This document shows, in pieces, positions 35,117 to 44,525 of a stretch of DNA of 64,000 nucleotides. Source of the DNA: Labilithrix sp. (GTDB lineage Bacteria > Myxococcota_A > Polyangia > Polyangiales > Polyangiaceae); contig JAHBWE010000017.1 in NCBI GenBank assembly GCA_019637155.1, forward strand, positions 64,001-128,000, read 5' to 3'. The notes beneath the pieces are model-generated. The model was given only the letters and a program-made list of their open reading frames with translations. It had not been told where the DNA came from and searched no databases. The position numbers and the translations under genes were made by a program. The number at the start of each line of letters is the position of its first letter. Positions within the stretch are counted from its first letter, which is position 1.

Positions 35117-35134
35117 CGATGACAGCTTTATGTC
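35117..35134. promoter_or_regulatory. perfect inverted repeat ATGACA-N6-TGTCAT in a divergent AT-richer intergenic region
   Basis: The sequence atgacagctttatgtcat lies between the GFA gene (minus, start 35095) and the metalloprotease lipoprotein gene (plus, start 35186). It could be an operator. Confidence 0.3.
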
Positions 35135-35185
35135 ATATTTGATCCGCGCTGGCCGAGGTCCCGGAGGCGCGCGATACTTCGAGGG

Positions 35186-36697
35186 ATGTCGCGGGCGAAG
35201 GTCGGAGCTGCCGCGCTCGCGTTGCTCCTCGCGTGCGGCGACGATCCGGCGCCCGCCCCCGCGCCGCCGGCCGCCGCCGGCGAGCCCGCGCCGATCGAGC
35301 CCGACGCCGCGCCCGCCGTCGCAGAGGCGTGCACGACGCTGCCGCGCACGTTCGCGCAGCGCGCCGACGCGTACTTCCACGTGTTCCCGACCGAGACGGC
35401 GGCGATCCGCACGTTCGAGCGCTACCTCCCGCAACGGCGCTGGCGCGCGCCGGGCAGCGTCGCGCATCGGCGCGCGCAGGCGGCGGCGAACGCGGTGTTC
35501 GGCGCGTACCAGACGCTGTACCCCGACGCGACGAAGGGCCTCGACGTCGCGCCGATCGCGATCATCCAGGAGACGCCTTCGCCGAACGCGTTCGTGATCG
35601 CGGGTCGTGTCTACCGCGAGGTCGGCGGCCACCAGACCGCCCTCTACGTCCTCGTCTTCACGAGCGGCTACGTCGAGGGCGCGAACGACGCGGAGCTCCA
35701 GCTCATCGCCGCGCACGAGATGGGGCACCTCCTCCTCCGCAACGGCGACCGGGAGTACTTCACGCCGATCCACTACCGCGAAGGCACGAACCTGTTCGGC
35801 GAGTACGAGACGAACGATCCCGAGGTCGCGGAGATCGCGCAGGAGATCGGCCTCCTCGGCGACCGCGTCGGGCAGCTCACGGAGCGGGAGTTCAACGGCT
35901 ACCCCACCGACGTCGGCACCGCGAAGACCGACGGGCTCGCGGGGCCGCGCTACGGCCGCTACCTCCGCTACGTTCACGACGCGGAGGGCCGCACCGGTCC
36001 GAAGGCCGACGACTGCGATGCCGCGCGCGACGTCGCGCAGCAGATCGGCGCGCTCGTGTTCCGCTCGGGTCACCTCTCGCGCGATCAGTCGACGTTCGAT
36101 CTCGGGACCGACGCGGCGAGGCTCGACGGGCTCACGACGCAATACTGGCAGCTCGAGGCGAGCTGCCTCGCGCACGTGACGATGAGCTACCGCGACCTCG
36201 TCCTCTACGCGAAGCGCGACGCGGGCGAGGATCCGAACGCCGCGACGCGCCTCGCCGCGATCGGCGCCGACGCCGCCGCGCTCGACGCGTACCTCGAGAT
36301 CTCCCCCGCCGAGGCCGCCGCCGACGCGACCGCGCCCGATCGGAACATCGCGGAGAAGGTCGCCGCCCTCGGCGTGGCGGCGCAGGGGCAGCTGCGCGTC
36401 GACCTCGCGAACCCCGAGGTGAGCCGCATCCGCGTGTTCACCGCGGAGGACGACGCCGACTCCGCCGCGGTGCGCATCGGGAAGATCCTCGCGATCGATC
36501 CGGGCGCGCTCGCGACGAAGCTGCTCTCGACCGAGGACGCCGAGTACGCCGCCGACTGCAACGAGAAGCTCGCGCGCGACGTGACGCCGGCTTACGGCGG
36601 CTTCATCGACGTGCACCACGGAACGTGCTGGCGCATCTTCCGCGGCCAGAAGCTCGCCGCCGCGCTCGAGACCTGCCCCGAGACGTGGCCTCGCTAG
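35186..36697 (+). CDS. putative zinc-metalloprotease lipoprotein (HExxH)
   Basis: Lipoprotein signal AAALALLLACGDD. The zinc-binding motif is LIAAHEMGHLLL. Confidence 0.6.
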   Translation: MSRAKVGAAALALLLACGDDPAPAPAPPAAAGEPAPIEPDAAPAVAEACTTLPRTFAQRADAYFHVFPTETAAIRTFERYLPQRRWRAPGSVAHRRAQAAANAVFGAYQTLYPDATKGLDVAPIAIIQETPSPNAFVIAGRVYREVGGHQTALYVLVFTSGYVEGANDAELQLIAAHEMGHLLLRNGDREYFTPIHYREGTNLFGEYETNDPEVAEIAQEIGLLGDRVGQLTEREFNGYPTDVGTAKTDGLAGPRYGRYLRYVHDAEGRTGPKADDCDAARDVAQQIGALVFRSGHLSRDQSTFDLGTDAARLDGLTTQYWQLEASCLAHVTMSYRDLVLYAKRDAGEDPNAATRLAAIGADAAALDAYLEISPAEAAADATAPDRNIAEKVAALGVAAQGQLRVDLANPEVSRIRVFTAEDDADSAAVRIGKILAIDPGALATKLLSTEDAEYAADCNEKLARDVTPAYGGFIDVHHGTCWRIFRGQKLAAALETCPETWPR

Positions 36698-36757
36698 AGC
36701 AGCGAAAAGCAGCAAAAAGGAGACACGGCAGGCCTCTCGAGGTACGTTCGTGTCGGC

Positions 36758-37492
36758 GTGTATCCTTCCAACACCTACATCTTGTTTTTGCTCGTGTTTC
36801 TGATCGCGGGCTGCTCGTCGAAGAAGGAGGCGCCCGACGGGACGGCGGCGTCGGCGTCGGCTTCTCCTCTTGTTGCGGTCCCGCCCGTCGTCGATGCCGC
36901 ACCGCCTCCGTCGCCGGAGCCGCCGGAGCCGCCGAAGATCGCGAAGAAGCACCTCCGCGTGCTCCACACCGGCGACTCGATGGTCGGCGGCGGGCTCTCG
37001 CGCGCGCTCGGACCGAAGTTCGTCGCCGACGGCGCGAAGTACTTCCGCGACGTCATCGAGAGCGGGACGATCCACGATTTCTCGCAGAACGATCACCTGC
37101 CGAAGCTCCTCGCGAGCACGAAGCCGGACCTCATCGTCATCAGCCTCGGCGCGAACCACGTCCCGCATTTCATCGACATCGAAAAGGAAATCGGGCCGTA
37201 CGTGCCGAAGCTCATCAAGCGCGTCGAGAAGATCGACTGCATCTGGGTCGCCCCCCCGATCTGGAAGCCGCACCAGCAGAAGTTCAACGACTGGCTCAAG
37301 GACCACGTCGCGCCCTGCAAGTTCTACGACGCGACGAGCGAGGAGCGGCACCTCGAGATCGCGCGCCGCGAGGACAAGATCCATCCGAACGAGAAGGGCG
37401 GCGAGGTCTGGGCCGACGACTTCTGGAAGTTCTACAAGGAGGGCGAGGGCCAGTTCTTCCTCCTGCCCGACGCGGGCGCCGCCGCGCCCTGA
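36758..37492 (+). CDS. SGNH/GDSL hydrolase family lipoprotein
   Basis: GTG start. Lipobox signal LFLLVFLIAGCSS. The GDS motif is LRVLHTGDSMVGGG. The first roughly 60 nt are a locally low-GC stretch. Confidence 0.65.
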   Translation: MYPSNTYILFLLVFLIAGCSSKKEAPDGTAASASASPLVAVPPVVDAAPPPSPEPPEPPKIAKKHLRVLHTGDSMVGGGLSRALGPKFVADGAKYFRDVIESGTIHDFSQNDHLPKLLASTKPDLIVISLGANHVPHFIDIEKEIGPYVPKLIKRVEKIDCIWVAPPIWKPHQQKFNDWLKDHVAPCKFYDATSEERHLEIARREDKIHPNEKGGEVWADDFWKFYKEGEGQFFLLPDAGAAAP

Positions 37493-37561
37493 GCCACGGA
37501 AATCAGGAAATCGTCCGCGGGTTCCTGGACGACGGCGCACTTTCTGCTACACGTGCCACAA

Positions 37562-37990
37562 ATGCGCCTCCTCGCGATCCTCGCCTTTGGTTCGATGGCT
37601 GTGGCCTGCGCCTCGTCGACGACGAACGCGGTCGGAACGACGACGGTGACCTCGAGCGAGGTGGCGGAGCCCGAGTCGCGCGAGTCTTCGCCGCGCGCCG
37701 AGGAGCCGACCGGCCAGCGCGTCTGCCGGACGACGAACATCCACGACGGCACGACGGAGCTCTTCCTCGATTGGAAGAAGGGCAGCGCGACGGGTCTGCT
37801 TCGTCGCACCGCGCCGAGCGGCGTCGTCACCGAGCAGAAGGTCAACGCCGAGCGCGTGAAGGGCAGCATCATCGCTGACGACGTCCACTCGCAGGACCTC
37901 GCCGTCCACGCCGCGCAGGTCCGCGACCACAAGGGCCGCACGTACATGCGCCTCGGCGAGTCGAAGAGCGGCTGGTTCCCCTGCGAGTGA
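37562..37990 (+). CDS. lipoprotein, hypothetical
   Basis: Signal MRLLAILAFGSMAVACASS. No family recognised. Confidence 0.45.
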   Translation: MRLLAILAFGSMAVACASSTTNAVGTTTVTSSEVAEPESRESSPRAEEPTGQRVCRTTNIHDGTTELFLDWKKGSATGLLRRTAPSGVVTEQKVNAERVKGSIIADDVHSQDLAVHAAQVRDHKGRTYMRLGESKSGWFPCE

Positions 37991-37991
37991 T

Positions 37992-38618
37992 CTAGCAGCC
38001 GGCGAACGAGCAGTACTTCGCGCGCGTCCGGGAGAGGCTCACCGTCGGCTGACCGTACGGTGAGAAGGGCAGCGACGCCCACTCGTACGAGATCTTCTTC
38101 ATCGTGTTGGAGAACTCGGTCGCGGTGAGGGCGCGCGTCGTCGGGAGCGTCACGCCGCGGCGCGAGATGAGCTTCATCGCGCCGAGGTCCTGGTTCTTCG
38201 GGTTGAAGGTCGAGTAGCCGAGCGTGTTCCAGGTCCGGTTGAGGAACTGGTAACGGCCCGCCGCCGTCGACGTCCATCCGCCGCCGGTGATCGCGATGTT
38301 GGGGTGGCGGTTGCAGCTCGAGAAGCAGCGGTGCGTGTACATCGTGTTGTACCCGTCCTGCCCGCACGTGCCGGCGGTGCCCTCCGTGAAGGCGATCGTG
38401 TTGAGCATCGCCTTGTGCTTCGCGGCTACGGCGCCGGCGGCGATCGACGGCGCGCACGTCGGCGCGGAGAGCTCTGCTTCGGTCGAGTCGACGTCTTCCT
38501 CGACCTCCTCCGCCGGGATGGTGCAGCCCGCGAGGAACAGCGCGGACGTCAAGCCGAGGCTGAACAGGGTCTTGGTCATCATGCTCTTTCGCCTTCCTTC
38601 TTCTTCGTCTTCGTTCAT
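37992..38618 (-). CDS. lambda-lysozyme-like (GH104) peptidoglycan lytic transglycosylase lipoprotein
   Basis: NTIAFTEGTAG...AAGRYQFLNRTWNTLGYSTFNPKNQDLGAMKLI...EWASLPFSPYGQ parallels the phage lambda R motifs DMLAWSEGT / GAGRYQLLSRWWD / FSPKSQD / IWASLPGAGYGQ. Signal with lipobox LFLAGC. The ATG at 38618 overlaps the upstream stop (ATGA). The alternative start is M13 at 38582, with an AAGGAAGG RBS. Confidence 0.7.
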   Translation of the reverse strand: MNEDEEEGRRKSMMTKTLFSLGLTSALFLAGCTIPAEEVEEDVDSTEAELSAPTCAPSIAAGAVAAKHKAMLNTIAFTEGTAGTCGQDGYNTMYTHRCFSSCNRHPNIAITGGGWTSTAAGRYQFLNRTWNTLGYSTFNPKNQDLGAMKLISRRGVTLPTTRALTATEFSNTMKKISYEWASLPFSPYGQPTVSLSRTRAKYCSFAGC

Positions 38619-39367
38619 CGTCCGAGGTCGCCGCGCGCGTCGGCCGCGGCGGCCCTCGCCTCTTCTTGGAGCTCGCGCTCGAACGCGTCGGCGCTCGGCT
38701 CGAGCTTCGCGACGCGCGCCGCGAACCGCTCCACCGCGGGCAGCGCGCGCTTGTCGCCGATCGCGGCGAGGCGCTGCGCGGCCGTGGTCTGGAGCGGGAG
38801 GTCGAGCATGCCGTCGCGATCGAGCGCGTCGACGAGGGCGTCGACCGCCGCGTCGCCGCCGAGATCGCCGAGCGCCTCGACGAGGTTCACGACGTTGCCG
38901 CTCGCGTCGCGCGTGTCCCGCTTCGCCTCCTCGCCGAGCCAGCGCGCGAGCGTCTTGCCCGCGAGCGCGTGCTCCGCGGGACCGCCCTGCGCCGCGAGGC
39001 TCGCGACCGCATGGATGATCGCCGGCGCCGCCTCGGGCTCGCTCGCGAGGTCCGCGCGCGCGAGCACCGGCAGCGCGGCGAGGTCCCCTTCTCGCACCGC
39101 GGTCTCGATCCCGTCGAGCCGCGCGACGATGTCCGCGTCGAGCGTCACCGCGCTGAGCGTCGTCGTCCCCACCGCGACGCGCTCCGCCGTCTTCACCACC
39201 GCCGGCGCGATCGCGCTCGCTCCCTCTTCACGCTGGCCGACGTTCGGCGCGCTCACGAGCGTCGCGGTCGCGCGCATCGAGCGCGAGCGCGCGACGACGG
39301 TCACCGCCGTCGCGGCAGCGATCCCGGCGACGACGAAAGCGATGACGATGGAACGACGGGCGCGCAT
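38615..39367 (-). CDS. HEAT/PBS-lyase-like repeat protein with N-terminal membrane anchor
   Basis: N-terminal TM segment IVIAFVVAGIAAATAVTVVA. Repeated Leu/Ala-rich helical pairs with D/G turns (ALGDLGGDAAVDALVDALDRDGM...). Confidence 0.5.
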   Translation of the reverse strand: MRARRSIVIAFVVAGIAAATAVTVVARSRSMRATATLVSAPNVGQREEGASAIAPAVVKTAERVAVGTTTLSAVTLDADIVARLDGIETAVREGDLAALPVLARADLASEPEAAPAIIHAVASLAAQGGPAEHALAGKTLARWLGEEAKRDTRDASGNVVNLVEALGDLGGDAAVDALVDALDRDGMLDLPLQTTAAQRLAAIGDKRALPAVERFAARVAKLEPSADAFERELQEEARAAAADARGDLGR

Positions 39368-39466
39368 CTCGGCGCGCGAAGTGTCGATCGGATCGCGCGA
39401 ACGCGATCATCTCTTCCATCGTCCAAATTGGATTTCAGAATGCGCGCGCTGTGTTGATGCCGATCG

Positions 39467-39670
39467 TCAGCAGTCGCCGGTCGGGAGCCCGACGAGCTCC
39501 TTCACGTCCTCGCACGGGAGCCCCGTCTCCGCGTGGAGGATGCGCGCCGCGGTCACGAGGAGCGCGTCGCGGTGCTCGGGACGCGCGGAAGACGCCGCGC
39601 GCAGCGCTTGCCGCGCGCTCGGCGAGACGTGATCGGAGTGCATCAGGATCGGCGCCATGGACATCATCGG
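39467..39670 (-). CDS. small hypothetical protein (about 67 aa)
   Basis: MMSMAPILMHSDHVSPSARQALRAASSARPEHRDALLVTAARILHAETGLPCEDVKELVGLPTGDC. A GAAGAGG lies 8 nt upstream. The sequence is not Arg-rich, unlike the overlapping shadow ORF. Confidence 0.25.
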   Translation of the reverse strand, partial: PMMSMAPILMHSDHVSPSARQALRAASSARPEHRDALLVTAARILHAETGLPCEDVKELVGLPTGDC

Positions 39671-39732
39671 TGGACCTCTTCTTCGTTCCGATGCTGCTCG
39701 CCTCTCCCCGTTTCTGTCGGTGATCCGACAGA

Positions 39733-41538
39733 TCACGGTGCGGACGCGAGTCCTCCGACGCGCCGCGGCTCGGCGACGCCCACCCACTCCGCTCCTTCGC
39801 GTCCGATGCCGGGCGCGTCGGCGAGGTGGCCGCGCTCCTTCAACGTGTAGCCCATCGCTTCGAGCGATGTGCGCGTGTCCGGCGCGAGGCCGTTGGCCTC
39901 GAAGATGACCTCGTCGGGGAGGTGCTGCATGTGGAAGCGCGGCACGCTCACCGCCTTCCCGATGTCGAGCCCGAAGTCGACGACGTTCGAGAGCTCCTGG
40001 AAGACCGACGTGATGATGGTGGGCCCGCCCGCGGCGCCGAGCACCATCTCGATCTTCCCGTCGGCGCCGCTCACGATCGTGGGCGACATCGACGAGAGCA
40101 TGCGCTTGCCGCCTTGGATCGCGTTCGCCTCGCCTTGCACGAGCCCGAACCCGTTCGCGGTCCCCGGCACCGCGGCGAAGTCGTCCATCTCGTTGTTGAG
40201 GAGGAAGCCGCCGCCCTTCACCGTGACGCCGGAGCCGTACCACCAGTTGACCGTCGTCGTGAGCGCGACCGCGTCGCCGTTCGCGTCGACGACCGAGAAG
40301 TGCGTCGTGTGCGGCCCCGTCCCGCTCGCGGGCCCGGTCGCGATCTCGGACGACGGCGTCGCCTTGTCCGGCTTGATCGTCGCGCGCTGCTCCTGTGCCC
40401 ATTTCTCGGAGAGCAGCTCGTCGAGCGGCATCTTCACGAAGTCGGGATCGCCGAGCTTCGCGTTGCGCGCGGCGTACGCGCGGCGCATCGCCTCGAAGAG
40501 GTAGTGGAGCGCCTCCGGCGACTGGGCGCCCATCTTCCCGAGCTCGTAGCCCTCGAGGATGTGCGCGATCATCGCGATCGTCACGCCGCCCGACGACGGC
40601 GGCGGCATCGAGACGATCTTGTGGCCGCGGTAGGTGAGCTCGATCGGCTTCCGCCACTTCGCCTTGTAGCCCTTGAGGTCGGCGGCGGTGATGAGCCCGC
40701 CCTCCTCCTTCATCTGCTTCACGATCGCGTCCGCGGTCGGCCCCTCGTAGAAGCCGCTCGGCCCCTTCACGATTCTCTTGAGCACCACCGCGAGGTCGGG
40801 GTTCTTGAAGAGGGTCCCCTTCGCGAGCGCCTGCCCGTTCGGGAAGAACAGCGCCGCGGAGACGGGGTGCTTCATGAGCCGCTTGCCGGCCTGCTGCTCG
40901 AACGTCCCCGCGAACCCTTCGTCGATCGGGAACCCCTCCTCCGCGAGCTTGATCGCGGGCGCGAGCAGCTCGGCCCACGTCTTCTTCTTCGATCCGAGCT
41001 TCTGATAGAGCTCCCACAGCCCCGCGACGCTGCCGGGCACGCCGACCGACTTGATGCCCTCGCGCGCCTCGGGCTTCGGCTTGCCGTCGGGCGAGAGGTA
41101 CATGTCGCGCGTCGCGGCCGCGGGCGCGGTCTCGCGGAAGTCGAGCGCCTTCACGTCGCCTTTGATGCGCGTGACCGCGAAGCCGCCGCCGCCGATGTTG
41201 CCCGCGGTGGGGTACGAGACCGCGAGCGCGAACGCGGTCGCGACGGCGGCGTCGACCGCGTTGCCGCCGGCCGCGAGCACGTCCCGCCCGACGTTCGACG
41301 CGACCGCGTTGTCGGTCACGACCATCCCCTTCGCGCTGCGCACGACGACGGGCGTCGCGTACGGCCAGGGCTTCGCGACCTTCGCCGCCGCGGCGTCGTC
41401 GGCGCCGGCGTCGGCGAGCACGACGGGCGGCGCGACCGCGGTCGTCGGCGGAGGCGGCGGAGGCGGCGGTGCCGGCGGGCTCCCGGCGCAGCCGAGGAAC
41501 AACGAGAGGAGCAGCCCGCGAGCGAGGACGTGACGCAT
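39733..41538 (-). CDS. ggt: gamma-glutamyltranspeptidase
   Basis: Lipoprotein signal LLLSLFLGCAG. Catalytic Thr context PHTTHFSVVD. GGT motifs GNIGGGGF and GGPTIITSVFQ. Length 601 aa. Confidence 0.9.
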   Translation of the reverse strand: MRHVLARGLLLSLFLGCAGSPPAPPPPPPPPTTAVAPPVVLADAGADDAAAAKVAKPWPYATPVVVRSAKGMVVTDNAVASNVGRDVLAAGGNAVDAAVATAFALAVSYPTAGNIGGGGFAVTRIKGDVKALDFRETAPAAATRDMYLSPDGKPKPEAREGIKSVGVPGSVAGLWELYQKLGSKKKTWAELLAPAIKLAEEGFPIDEGFAGTFEQQAGKRLMKHPVSAALFFPNGQALAKGTLFKNPDLAVVLKRIVKGPSGFYEGPTADAIVKQMKEEGGLITAADLKGYKAKWRKPIELTYRGHKIVSMPPPSSGGVTIAMIAHILEGYELGKMGAQSPEALHYLFEAMRRAYAARNAKLGDPDFVKMPLDELLSEKWAQEQRATIKPDKATPSSEIATGPASGTGPHTTHFSVVDANGDAVALTTTVNWWYGSGVTVKGGGFLLNNEMDDFAAVPGTANGFGLVQGEANAIQGGKRMLSSMSPTIVSGADGKIEMVLGAAGGPTIITSVFQELSNVVDFGLDIGKAVSVPRFHMQHLPDEVIFEANGLAPDTRTSLEAMGYTLKERGHLADAPGIGREGAEWVGVAEPRRVGGLASAP

Positions 41539-41713
41539 GGGCGATGAAGGCTAGTACGCCGTCACGCCGCCTACACGCGCCCTGATGGACAGCGATCGAT
41601 CCGAGATCGTCCGTCCCGCATTCGCCTACAGACGGAATAATCCAGAACTAGCGGACTTCGTAGCCGTTGGCGGCACGCGAATTACGGCATGACGGTTGCT
41701 TTGCAGTCTCACC

Positions 41714-42532
41714 ATGCGGTCGCTTCTGGCCCTGGCGCTCATGATGGTCGTGGCGGTGGTGGGGTGCACCGCGCCCTCCATCGGCGAGTATCCGAGCGCC
41801 GACCGCAAGGCTCCGAAGCGCTCGCAGAAGGCGACGGACGTCGACGCGGAAGACGACGAAGACGACGAAGGCGACGATACGCCGGGCAAGGGCTCGACGA
41901 GCTCGGCGGCGACGGGGCCGACCACGCCGGCGGAGACGGGTCAGGCGCTCACGATCGCGTCGACCGGCGGCGGTCAGGGCGACGTCACGTGCAACGGCGG
42001 TCCGTGCACGGCCACGTTCGCGGCGGGCTCCACGGTGACGCTCGCGGCGGCGCCGAAGCCCGGCTCCTTCTTCTCCGGCTGGACCGGCGGCGGCTGCACC
42101 GGCAGCGGGCCGTGCTCGTTCACGGTCGGCGGCGCGGCGCCGAGCGCGAAGTTCGAGACGTTCACGGGCGACTGGGTCGGCACCTACCAGAACAACCGTC
42201 CGAACGGCGGCTGCAACTTCCAGAACTCCGGCAACGTCACGCAGGCGATCGGCGGCGCGCCCGGCGCGTACACCGCCGCGGTGACGGCGATGAACGGCCT
42301 CGAGATCCGCAACCTCAACGGCTGCGGCCTCGTCGATTCGCGCACCGGCACCGCGCCCGCTCAGTCGGCGACGATCGACGGCGACACCGTCACGGGCGTG
42401 TGGAACGTGCAGGTCGCCGGCATCGGCGGCACGCTCCCGTTCCCGTTCACCGCAAAGCTCACCGGCAACAAGCTGACCGGCACCTGGACCTGCCCCAACT
42501 GCACCGGCGGCTTCGAGCTCACGAAGCAGTAA
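41714..42532 (+). CDS. lipoprotein with divergent InlB B-repeat-like domain, hypothetical
   Basis: Signal MRSLLALALMMVVAVVGC. An acidic linker is followed by the InlB B-repeat pattern GGGQGDVTCNGGPCTATFAAGSTVTLAAAPKPGSFFSGWTGGGCTGSGPCSF. Confidence 0.55.
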   Translation: MRSLLALALMMVVAVVGCTAPSIGEYPSADRKAPKRSQKATDVDAEDDEDDEGDDTPGKGSTSSAATGPTTPAETGQALTIASTGGGQGDVTCNGGPCTATFAAGSTVTLAAAPKPGSFFSGWTGGGCTGSGPCSFTVGGAAPSAKFETFTGDWVGTYQNNRPNGGCNFQNSGNVTQAIGGAPGAYTAAVTAMNGLEIRNLNGCGLVDSRTGTAPAQSATIDGDTVTGVWNVQVAGIGGTLPFPFTAKLTGNKLTGTWTCPNCTGGFELTKQ

Positions 42533-42539
42533 GGCGCTC

Positions 42540-43320
42540 ACGCAGCCAGCCGCCGGCGACGATGCTGGGTTGGCCGTGATGCTGGGGTGGGCCGGGCTGG
42601 CTGGGTTGTGGACTCGGCTCGCGATGGACGCGGCCGCTGGGGCTGGTTGTGGGCCGCTGGGGGCTGGGTTGTGGACTCGGCGATGGAGCCGTACCTGGGA
42701 CGCGGCCGCGATGCGTAGCGGAACGGCAGATCCTCGCGACGCCGCATACCGAAGACATCACAGCGAACTGGAGAGTCGTGCGCGCTAAGAAAAACGCACG
42801 CAGACACCGCATCGCACACAGACGCGCCGCGCACGCAGACCCCACGTCACGTTTCGCACACGCAGACACCGCCACGAGACGTCGCGCCGCGCACGCAGGC
42901 GCCGCGTCGCAGGCGCAGTCCGCAGACGCGTCGCGCACGCCGCCACGCACACAGACGTCGCGCCGCGCACGCAGCCGCCGCGTCGCGCACGCAGACCGCG
43001 CCCGCAAGACGCCACGCACGCATCTGCCGCGTCGCGCTCGCAGACGTCTGCCGCGTCGCGCTCGCAGACGTCTGCCGCGTCGCGCTCGCAGACGTCTGCC
43101 GCGTCGCGCTCGCACGCGTTGCCGCGCGCCGTGCTCGCACGCGTCTACCGCGTCGCGCACGCAGGCGTCTGCCGCGTCGCGTTCGCACGCAGCTGCCGCG
43201 CCGACCGGGGCCCCAGAAGCGGCCGCGAAAGCGGGCGCGAAGCGCCCCGGCGTCTTCGCCGGGCCGTGTCTGGGGCGGGGGTGTCGGGGGCGGAGCCCCC
43301 GACGTTGGGTAAGAGACCCC
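42540..43320. repeat. repeat-rich intergenic block
   Basis: Short direct repeats gctgggttgtggactcgg are present twice. The 24-bp tandem cgcagacgtctgccgcgtcgcgct occurs four times at roughly 43029..43124. A partial copy of the 24454..25016 element sits at 43207..43312. Confidence 0.6.
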
Positions 43321-43322
43321 GA

Positions 43323-44429
43323 TCAGGGGTCAATCGAGAAGTCGTCGAAGAACTGCTCGGTCGACGGCGCTACGGGGCCGAGGGACTGGGCCTGCTGGGC
43401 CTCGAGCTCGACGTGCGCGCCGGTCAGCTCGAGGTGGCGCTCCGTCGGGTGGAAGCGGGTGCCGTAGCGGTAGAACGACGCGGCGCCGGTGCCCGGCTTC
43501 TTCTCGATGTGCGTGCCGAACACGTGCTTGACCGGGCGGACCGGCTTGCCCTGCGCGTCCGTCTCCTTGATCCACGCCGCGAGCTTGGCGGTGCTCTTGC
43601 GGAACGTGCCCCAGTCCTGGATGAAGATGTGGCCCGGGTAGAGCGTGTCGCCCGTGAGGAGGAGCTGCGAGCCGTGGTCGTAGAGCGCGACGTGCGACGC
43701 CTCGTGGCCCGGGATCGGGAGCACGTCGACGACGCGATCGCCGAGGTCGATCGAGCCCGCGTTGTTCGGCCAGTTCGTGAGGCCGAAGAAGCTCGCCACG
43801 TCGGCGGGGCGGAGGCCCGCGACCTTCGTGTACGGGAGCGGCGTGCCATCCGCGTTCTTGAACTGGTAGTCGCCCGAGACGTGATCGCCGTGCGAGTGCG
43901 TGTGCGAGACGAGGAGCTCGATCGAGTCGCGCGTGCGCGGCGAGCCGTCCTCGTTCGGGTGCGCCGCGAGCCACTCGCCGATCATCGCCTCGATGGTGTT
44001 CCGGATCGGGAAGAGCTGCGTGAACAGCGCCCTCGACATCCCTTGCGCGATCGAGCCCGTGTCCTGGATGAGGACCTTCTTCTGACCGAAGAGCACGTAG
44101 ATGAAATTGCCCTCGAAGTTGAGGCACTTGTTCTCGCGCAGGATGAACGTGTTCGCGTTCAGCTTGAACTTGTAGATGCTCGGATCGGAGTTCTGGAAGT
44201 TCTGGCAGTCCGCCGAGCCGCGGTTCGGCCACTGGACCGGGAGCTCCGCGTCCTCCTCGACGACCGGAACGACCGGCTCGCCCTCGCCCGTCCCCGGCTC
44301 GCCGCCCGGCGTGCCTTGCTTCACCTGATCCGCGCTCGCCGCGGTATCGTCGGCGACGCCGGTGGAGCAGCCAAGAAGGAGAAGGCCAATCGCGGCCGAG
44401 GACGCACCGAGGCGCTTGAGCGTGAGCAT
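43323..44429 (-). CDS. MBL-fold metallo-hydrolase lipoprotein
   Basis: Start taken at M26 (MLTLKRLGASSAAIGLLLLGCS, lipobox). HxHxDH motif VSHTHSHGDHVSG. Downstream His/Asp ligands. Confidence 0.75.
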   Translation of the reverse strand: MLTLKRLGASSAAIGLLLLGCSTGVADDTAASADQVKQGTPGGEPGTGEGEPVVPVVEEDAELPVQWPNRGSADCQNFQNSDPSIYKFKLNANTFILRENKCLNFEGNFIYVLFGQKKVLIQDTGSIAQGMSRALFTQLFPIRNTIEAMIGEWLAAHPNEDGSPRTRDSIELLVSHTHSHGDHVSGDYQFKNADGTPLPYTKVAGLRPADVASFFGLTNWPNNAGSIDLGDRVVDVLPIPGHEASHVALYDHGSQLLLTGDTLYPGHIFIQDWGTFRKSTAKLAAWIKETDAQGKPVRPVKHVFGTHIEKKPGTGAASFYRYGTRFHPTERHLELTGAHVELEAQQAQSLGPVAPSTEQFFDDFSIDP

Positions 44430-44525
44430 GGGCGACGCCTTACGCCCTGATGTACCCACGTGCCAGGTGAATGTGTGCCCCACCCTGTCTCGCGTGGGTC
44501 TCACCCTCGTAAGTGACTGAAACCA

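Noticed and set aside
39715-39732. Hairpin ctgtcgg-tgat-ccgacag just downstream of the ggt stop as a rho-independent terminator
   Set aside because: The stem is only 7 bp and no U-tract follows on the transcribed strand.
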